A DNA stretch of 44,996 nt from a virus, in UHGV virus genome UHGV-0278542; one strand, written 5' to 3'. Below are positions 39,270 through 44,996 of the stretch, one piece after another. The notes under the pieces were generated by a model. The model was not told the origin of the DNA. It did not search any database and saw only the letters and a program-made list of their open reading frames with translations. Every line of letters starts with the position of its first letter. Position 1 is the first letter of the stretch. The translations under genes and the position numbers were made by a program.

Positions 39270-39440
39270 ATGATTTACGCAATCGCGGGAGGCGCTCGCA
39301 TGGGTGCCTTCCAACTAAATGAATCTTTACTTGAACGAATCACCCGTAAATTACGTGACGGATGGAAACGCCTTATCGACATACTTAATCAGCCAGGAGT
39401 CCCAAAAAATGGATCAAGCACTTATGGCTATCCAGACTAA
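39270..39440 (+). CDS. cIII: CIII-like protein (56 aa; below the ORF-track size cutoff)
   Basis: Hand translation MIYAIAGGARMGAFQLNESLLERITRKLRDGWKRLIDILNQPGVPKNGSSTYGYPD matches the lambda CIII core; AAGGA RBS. Confidence 0.8.
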   Translation: MIYAIAGGARMGAFQLNESLLERITRKLRDGWKRLIDILNQPGVPKNGSSTYGYPD

Positions 39441-39522
39441 ATTCACTATCGCCACTTTTATTGGCGATGAAAAGATGTTTCGTGAGGCCGTAGAAGCCTA
39501 CAGAAAATGGAGGTCAAAATGA
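39409..39522 (+). CDS. kil: Kil-like small protein (37 aa)
   Basis: MDQALMAIQTKFTIATFIGDEKMFREAVEAYRKWRSK; overlaps the cIII 3' end in another frame, as kil does in lambda. Confidence 0.45.
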   Translation: MDQALMAIQTKFTIATFIGDEKMFREAVEAYRKWRSK

Positions 39523-39707
39523 TTCCGGTAGAACTGGCGAAAACTCCAGAGTTAAGTCGATTAAAAAGAGAATATCACATTGCTGAGGCTCGTTACTGGC
39601 GTAAAGCGGGAGATAAATCAAAGAAACAACTTTGTTTATGGCAGGCGCAAAGAGAGCGCATGAATGAGCGCGAATTTCTTTCCTCCCCATCCGAATTACC
39701 ATTCTGA
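39519..39707 (+). CDS. Hypothetical small protein (62 aa)
   Basis: ATG at 39519 with GGAGG RBS, ATGA overlap with the kil-like ORF. Confidence 0.35.
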   Translation: MIPVELAKTPELSRLKREYHIAEARYWRKAGDKSKKQLCLWQAQRERMNEREFLSSPSELPF

Positions 39708-39715
39708 GGTGAATT

Positions 39716-40396
39716 ATGGGAACTGCGACATTAATACTCGGTGAATCTGGCACCGGAAAATCAACCAGCATGAGAAATATCAATCCAGAGGAAGCAATAC
39801 TTATAAAACCAATAGGCAAGCCGCTTCCATTTAAATCAAAAGACTGGCTGGCATGGGATGCCAGAGCAAAAAAAGGAGCCGTAGTTACCACTGACAAATG
39901 GGACGTAATAGTTGCCGTAATTAAGCGTGCTCACGAATACGGGAAAAGAATCGTTATTGTTGATGACTTCCAGTATGTGATGAGCAATGAGTTTATGCGC
40001 CGCTCAGAAGAAAAGTCGTTTGATAAATTCACTGAGATAGGCCGTCACGCATGGGAGGTCATTAAGGCTGCACAGGATGCGCCTGATGACCTGAGAGTCT
40101 ATTTTCTTGCGCACACCGAAGAAACTCCTATGGGGCGTGTGAAAATGAAGACTATCGGCAAAATGCTGGACGAGAAAATCACTGTCGAAGGCATGTTTAC
40201 TATAGTTCTTCGCACCCTTACCCGTGATGACCAGTTCTTTTTCACCACAAAAAACAACGGTGCAGACACTGTTAAATCCCCAATGGGAATGTTTGACTCC
40301 AATGAGATTGATAACGATCTCTCTTTCGTCGATACCACTATTTGTGATTACTACGGCATCAATAATGATCATCAAATTAAGGAAAACGCCGCATGA
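39716..40396 (+). CDS. Sak4-like RecA-type ATPase, putative
   Basis: Walker A GESGTGKST near the N-terminus, Walker B-like IVIVDDF; about 226 aa; sits where exo/bet would be in lambda. Confidence 0.6.
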   Translation: MGTATLILGESGTGKSTSMRNINPEEAILIKPIGKPLPFKSKDWLAWDARAKKGAVVTTDKWDVIVAVIKRAHEYGKRIVIVDDFQYVMSNEFMRRSEEKSFDKFTEIGRHAWEVIKAAQDAPDDLRVYFLAHTEETPMGRVKMKTIGKMLDEKITVEGMFTIVLRTLTRDDQFFFTTKNNGADTVKSPMGMFDSNEIDNDLSFVDTTICDYYGINNDHQIKENAA

Positions 40397-40980
40397 GCAA
40401 CGTGATTTTTACTTATAACGAAGAAGCAGCACTGACCGCAGGGCAAGGTGGTTTTATTAACGAAACTGGCGCTCATATCATTACCATTACTGAAGCAGAA
40501 CTAAAGCAATCAGAAAAAGGAGCCAAATTTATTGAGTTTTCTGGCGAATCCGACGACGGACGTAAAATCCAATATCTTAGCGTCTGTGTTCAGAAAAATG
40601 ACGGAACGGAAAACAAATTTGGCGCAAATGTCGTTCACGCCATGATGGGGTGTGCCGGGATTGGACAATTAACGCAGCATATGGTTTCCGCCAGTAAATT
40701 TGTTGCTCCTGAGTTTCACGGAAAGAAAATCGGGTTAGTGCTACAGAAAGTATTAACCACAAACAAAAAGACTGGTGCAGACAGTTACCAGATGGAAATA
40801 CGCATCCCGTTTATTGCACAAACAGGTCAAACACTTAAAGAAAAGGCGGAAGGCAAGCAACCAGAAACTATCGCCAACATGGTTGCCAGCCTCAAAGATA
40901 AAGACAATCGCTCTAAAAACGTAAGCCAGAATCATGCAGATGATTATGGTTACAGCCAGAACGATTACCCTCCTTTCTGA
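40393..40980 (+). CDS. Hypothetical protein coupled to the ATPase gene, possibly an ssDNA-binding partner
   Basis: ATGA overlap with the ATPase gene; acidic C-terminus ending DYPPF resembles an SSB-type tail. Confidence 0.4.
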   Translation: MSNVIFTYNEEAALTAGQGGFINETGAHIITITEAELKQSEKGAKFIEFSGESDDGRKIQYLSVCVQKNDGTENKFGANVVHAMMGCAGIGQLTQHMVSASKFVAPEFHGKKIGLVLQKVLTTNKKTGADSYQMEIRIPFIAQTGQTLKEKAEGKQPETIANMVASLKDKDNRSKNVSQNHADDYGYSQNDYPPF

Positions 40981-41003
40981 TTACTGAAAATAAGGCTCCC
41001 ATT

Positions 41004-41300
41004 ATGCCAGCGCCTCTGTATGGTGCGGATGACGCTCGCCGCTGTTCCGGCAATTCCATATCGGAGGTGCTGGAAAATATCAAGAATAATCTCGACGCGT
41101 TTCTTGCTCTGCCACCAGAAACAAAAGAAGAACGGAAGTACCGACGCGATATACAACTCGCAGAAAAACAGGAAAAAGACAGAATAAACGAAACATCAAT
41201 CCGACCATTCCGCAAATTCACATATACCCACTTCCCTGAATATATCGACCCGCGCCTGCGTAATTACCGCTCACGCTATGGCGCTATCAGTAATGACTGA
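41004..41300 (+). CDS. Hypothetical protein (98 aa)
   Basis: ORF with ATG at 41004 in the early-left operon. Confidence 0.4.
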   Translation: MPAPLYGADDARRCSGNSISEVLENIKNNLDAFLALPPETKEERKYRRDIQLAEKQEKDRINETSIRPFRKFTYTHFPEYIDPRLRNYRSRYGAISND

Positions 41301-41310
41301 GGAATTTACC

Positions 41311-41478
41311 ATGAGAGGACTTGCATACAATCCCGGCATTCTTCCGGCAGAAATGATTATTCACCAACGCGTAAAGCCAATGCCATCGAGAGAAGAATTG
41401 CTTAAGAGAAATAGTTTCGGTTCTGTTAATGACAACAAATATCTGAATGCGATGCGGCGCAAAGGAGGCAACCAGTGA
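41311..41478 (+). CDS. Hypothetical small protein (55 aa)
   Basis: ATG at 41311 with GAGGA RBS; stop overlaps the GTG start of the next gene. Confidence 0.3.
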   Translation: MRGLAYNPGILPAEMIIHQRVKPMPSREELLKRNSFGSVNDNKYLNAMRRKGGNQ

Positions 41479-42200
41479 GCGAAATTAACTATAAAGAACT
41501 GCGCGAGGCGGCGAAACAGGCAACGCAAGATGAATGGGTAGCATATATTTTGCCGGGTCATAACGGCATTTATCCTGCGCGCACGTCTGAGGGTAGGCAT
41601 TGCGGATACTTTATTGACTGGCCTAGCGTCTGTCAGGGGCGGGAGAGCATCAACATGAGCATCAGAACCTACGCAGTGAATTGCAATGACGCATGGCTAA
41701 ACACCGAAGGTGATGACATCTCCGGCTCATACGTTAAGTACAAAGACCATCAGGAAGTGGTTGCCGCTCTTGAGGCCAAGTGCGCGGCGCTGGCGGCGGA
41801 GAATGAGCTGGCTCGTAAGGCAGTTCAGGCATTCTGCGATGTTGTTGGCGACAACACCGAGGTTATCGCTGAGGAGGTTGGGCGAGATGGCGTTCTGGTT
41901 ATTTTGGGGGCCATGAAGGCAACAGGAAATATTTCAGCCACCGATGCTTTTCTGGCTGAAATTCGTGCGGAAGCACGCAACGAGGGGATTAACTATACCG
42001 CCAGCCGTCTTGCTGCTGCGTTCAATCACGGATTTATCAATAAATCTTTGCGTGAAGTTTTCGACGTTACACGCATGATTTTGTCAGCGAAAGAAGAGTT
42101 GGCTAATGAACCGCATCCGATTGATGGCCTGTCCGGTGAATATGCGGAGAAATCCCTTGAAGAATGGGCGGAACAGATTCGCAAAGGAGGCAAGCAGTGA
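41475..42200 (+). CDS. Ea22-like family protein (GTG start)
   Basis: AAGGAGG RBS; N-terminus [21 protein letters not shown] of the type seen in Ea22-like prophage proteins. Confidence 0.5.
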   Translation: MSEINYKELREAAKQATQDEWVAYILPGHNGIYPARTSEGRHCGYFIDWPSVCQGRESINMSIRTYAVNCNDAWLNTEGDDISGSYVKYKDHQEVVAALEAKCAALAAENELARKAVQAFCDVVGDNTEVIAEEVGRDGVLVILGAMKATGNISATDAFLAEIRAEARNEGINYTASRLAAAFNHGFINKSLREVFDVTRMILSAKEELANEPHPIDGLSGEYAEKSLEEWAEQIRKGGKQ

Positions 42201-42496
42201 GTGTATATCTTATTGATAAACGTCGACGTGGGCAACAAATACCACCTGTAGGAATTCCGAATCACACATGGTTTTGCGTACTTGATATCGATGGTATGGA
42301 TGCGTTGGTTGACACTCGTCATTACTGCGATACCGCAACAGCTACTCCGGCGAAAGCAAAGAAAATGGCTGCTCTGATAGAAAACTGGACTCCACCTGAT
42401 GGTTGGTGCAATGGGAATGATCGAGATTGGCATGAAAAAATGAAGGGCTATATCTGCGATTTCTTACGTAAATGCAACGGATTCAGGGTGATGTGA
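42197..42496 (+). CDS. Hypothetical protein (about 99 aa, GTG start inferred)
   Basis: AAGGAGG 6 nt upstream of GTG at 42197, overlapping the upstream stop; track ORF 42164-42496. Confidence 0.35.
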   Translation: MSVYLIDKRRRGQQIPPVGIPNHTWFCVLDIDGMDALVDTRHYCDTATATPAKAKKMAALIENWTPPDGWCNGNDRDWHEKMKGYICDFLRKCNGFRVM

Positions 42497-42497
42497 C

Positions 42498-43055
42498 ATG
42501 AACAAGATTGACTATCAGGCACTGCGTGAGGCGGCAGAGAAGGCAACGTGGGGAGACTGGGACTCATATAAACCACACCGTGGCGCACGTGGTTATGAGG
42601 TCCGACTAAGTAGTCAGGCCATTGCGCAACACGTTCTGAAAAACAACGCTGAATTTATTGCTGCCTTTAATCCAAAGATTGCTTTGGCACTACTGGATGA
42701 ACGGGAAAGGAACCAGCAATACATCAAATCCCGCGACCAGGAGAACGAGGATATTGCACTAACGGTAGGGAAGTTGCGCGTTGAGCTGGAAGCAGCAAAA
42801 TCAAAACTCAACGAGCAGCGTGAGTATTACGAAGGTGTTATCTCTGATGGGAGTAAGCGCATAGCAGAGTTAGAAAGTGGTTCTCAGGCACAAAAGTTAG
42901 TTGAAGCAATCATTGTTGCGATAGAAAACGAACAGGAACGTCTTTTTGATGAAGATTACCTAATGGATTCGAAAGAATGCATTGACGTAATTCGTGAAGA
43001 AGTAAAGCGATGGGATGATTCCCGCGCCGCTGGCATTGGCATCAAAGGAGAGTGA
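42498..43055 (+). CDS. Ea22-like family protein (paralogous N-terminus)
   Basis: N-terminus MNKIDYQALREAAEKATWGDW parallels that of the gene at 41475. Confidence 0.5.
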   Translation: MNKIDYQALREAAEKATWGDWDSYKPHRGARGYEVRLSSQAIAQHVLKNNAEFIAAFNPKIALALLDERERNQQYIKSRDQENEDIALTVGKLRVELEAAKSKLNEQREYYEGVISDGSKRIAELESGSQAQKLVEAIIVAIENEQERLFDEDYLMDSKECIDVIREEVKRWDDSRAAGIGIKGE

Positions 43056-43056
43056 T

Positions 43057-43320
43057 ATGGCAACTTTGACAAAAAAAGAACAAGCATGGTTGAGCGAATT
43101 ACAGGACGTTCTTGATCGCTGCCCATCACCGAAAAAAATTGGTTTTTACACCATTGGCGATAAAAGCATTTACCTGTATGACCTGCGCCGCATGGATGAA
43201 ATCATGGAGGCTCTTGATAATCGTTCGTCAATGGATTGGTGTGTTGCTGTTCATGATATGAATGCCGGATTTGATGAAAAGATTTTATTCCCCTCATCAG
43301 TTGAAAGTACAGCAGGATAA
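43057..43320 (+). CDS. Hypothetical protein (87 aa)
   Basis: ATG at 43057 with GGAG RBS, 1 nt after the upstream stop. Confidence 0.4.
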   Translation: MATLTKKEQAWLSELQDVLDRCPSPKKIGFYTIGDKSIYLYDLRRMDEIMEALDNRSSMDWCVAVHDMNAGFDEKILFPSSVESTAG

Positions 43321-43330
43321 GGACTAACAC

Positions 43331-44215
43331 ATGACCACTATTACCAAAGAGCGACTGCTGACAATCAGGCAGTGGCGCGAAACATACGGACCTGGTAGCA
43401 ACGTTGTACTGCCAGCAGAAGAAGCGGAAGAACTGGCACGAATTGCTCTGGCATCGCTGGAGCAGAATGTACTATCGGGCAACTCTCCGCTTATTCCTGG
43501 TGAAGTGTTGTCCGCAATCCGGGAGGTTGCCAGGATTCGTGCCGATTTCGATGATTTTGACGGTGACAGGCGAGGTATCGGTGATTGTCTGGATGAGGCT
43601 GAGCAAGAGCTTATCGTTACCATTAACAAATATGCCAGTCAGTTGGCAGCAGAACCGATAGCGACTAATGACGTTCGAGAGCAAACAGCCGTTCCGCCAA
43701 TACAGGCTGATGTCGCGCAAGCAATTGAAAATCTCAAGCAGAAGTTAGTGGAATGCAATCGCTATAACTACTGCGCAGATGCAGTGAAGAACGTAGAGGA
43801 TGCCTGCCGTGCTGTTAGCTATAGCCAAGCCGACAATCAGCCAGCATCTGGCAACCAGGCTGCCGAATCCAATCGCGGTAATGAGTGGACTGGCAATCCT
43901 GATATTGATAACGCCATCATCATGCTCGACCGCATAGATACGCTGGAAAATTGCGATGATGACCGTATTGAGGCTGTTAAGGCTGTTTTGCGTAGACTGG
44001 CTGGCAACTCTCCGGTAACTCCGGATAGTTGGATAAGCTGTAGTGAGCGAATGCCCGCTCAAGATGATTGGATTTTAATTTATTCAAAGCACGGCGAGTA
44101 TATGGCAGGACAGGTACAAGGGGAATACGTGGAGTTGAGCGACGGCACTTTATCGTGGTTAGGGAACGCCTTGTACTGGATGCCGCTACCAGAACCGCCG
44201 CAGGAGGCGAAATGA
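43331..44215 (+). CDS. Hypothetical protein with DUF551-like C-terminus
   Basis: C-terminal DDWILIYSKHGEYMAGQ...WLGNALYWMPLPEPP resembles the DUF551 region common in prophage early-left proteins. Confidence 0.45.
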   Translation: MTTITKERLLTIRQWRETYGPGSNVVLPAEEAEELARIALASLEQNVLSGNSPLIPGEVLSAIREVARIRADFDDFDGDRRGIGDCLDEAEQELIVTINKYASQLAAEPIATNDVREQTAVPPIQADVAQAIENLKQKLVECNRYNYCADAVKNVEDACRAVSYSQADNQPASGNQAAESNRGNEWTGNPDIDNAIIMLDRIDTLENCDDDRIEAVKAVLRRLAGNSPVTPDSWISCSERMPAQDDWILIYSKHGEYMAGQVQGEYVELSDGTLSWLGNALYWMPLPEPPQEAK

Positions 44216-44472
44216 TGGATGTAAAAGAGAAGGTTTTGCAGGTGATGCGTTCCCGGGCTGCCCTGCAAGATAAAGCTCTCGGCGGGGAATATCCATTCAG
44301 GATGGCAACCTGGAATCTGTGGTTGGCAATGGAGAAGGAATTTCCTGATGAAGAATGGCGTTCGGCAGATTTGCGCAAAATTCTTATGGAGATTGCTAAA
44401 GACGGAACAGTATCTAAAGATAAACATGCCAGCCGGATTGGTCAGGCAGTATGGAGACTGGAGGAGCGGTAA
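44212..44472 (+). CDS. Hypothetical protein (86 aa)
   Basis: ATG overlapping the upstream stop (ATGATG). Confidence 0.4.
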   Translation: MMDVKEKVLQVMRSRAALQDKALGGEYPFRMATWNLWLAMEKEFPDEEWRSADLRKILMEIAKDGTVSKDKHASRIGQAVWRLEER

Positions 44473-44756
44473 TGGCTAACCTGCAACTTGCCGTCAAAGG
44501 TGAATACTTCGATGCCATGATTCGCGGAGAGAAAACGGAAGAGTATCGCCTGTGTAATGACTACTGGAATAAGCGAATTATGTTCCGGGAGTATGACCGC
44601 CTGATTATCACAAAGGGATATCCGAAGCGCGACGATTCCAGCCGTAGAATTGATGTTCCGTATGACGGATATGAAATCAAGACAATCACACATCCGCACT
44701 TCGGCGATAAACCGGTAAAGGTGTTCGCGATAAAGGTGAATATCGGCAATGAATAA
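44472..44756 (+). CDS. Hypothetical protein (94 aa)
   Basis: ATG at 44472 with GGAGG RBS, overlapping the upstream stop (TAATG). Confidence 0.4.
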   Translation: MANLQLAVKGEYFDAMIRGEKTEEYRLCNDYWNKRIMFREYDRLIITKGYPKRDDSSRRIDVPYDGYEIKTITHPHFGDKPVKVFAIKVNIGNE

Positions 44757-44828
44757 CAATCCTCGCACTCGCGGGGATTTCTTTTATCTGAACTCGCTAC
44801 GGCGGGTTTTGTTTTATGGAGATGATAA

Positions 44829-44996
44829 ATGCACTTCCGGGTCACAGGTGAATGGAATGGAGAGCCATTCGACAGGGTTATCGAAGCAGAGGACATCAAC
44901 GACTGCTATAACCACTGGATGATATGGGCGCAGATAGCACATGCAGACGTAACCAATATTCGAATTGAAGAACTGAAAGAACACCAAACCGCCTGA
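44829..44996 (+). CDS. Hypothetical small protein (55 aa)
   Basis: ATG at 44829 with GGAG upstream; ORF ends exactly at the window end with TGA. Confidence 0.25.
   Translation: MHFRVTGEWNGEPFDRVIEAEDINDCYNHWMIWAQIAHADVTNIRIEELKEHQTA

Overview
The window is almost entirely a lambdoid prophage, shown in reverse orientation to the standard lambda map (no rRNA, tRNA or CRISPR seen). Lambda-type genes and sites recognised by eye: cI (34566-35279,+), cro (34265-34465,-), OR1-3, OL1-3/PL, nutL, nutR, N, cIII, Q, holin S, endolysin R, Rz/Rz1, NinB/E/F/H and RusA. Around this backbone the phage is mosaic: an O-like initiator with ori iterons plus a DnaC-type loader, a Sak4-type ATPase module where exo/bet/gam would sit, a non-lambda head module, and a Mu-like contractile-tail module with a P22 immI-like ant/arc/mnt cassette embedded in it. 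The lead candidate for a novel system is the slot that holds rexA-rexB in lambda: between cI and OL/PL there is instead an AT-rich, translationally coupled two-gene operon (35430-36838) ending in an intrinsic terminator, whose first product carries a minimal nucleotidyltransferase-like motif. Other cargo worth a look: an unknown gene right after N, a T5orf172-like gene between cII and O, and an orphan protein with a MuF-like C-terminus beside the immI cassette. All product calls rest on reading the translated ORFs and on recalled family features; no database search was run, and the head/tail assignments in particular are approximate.
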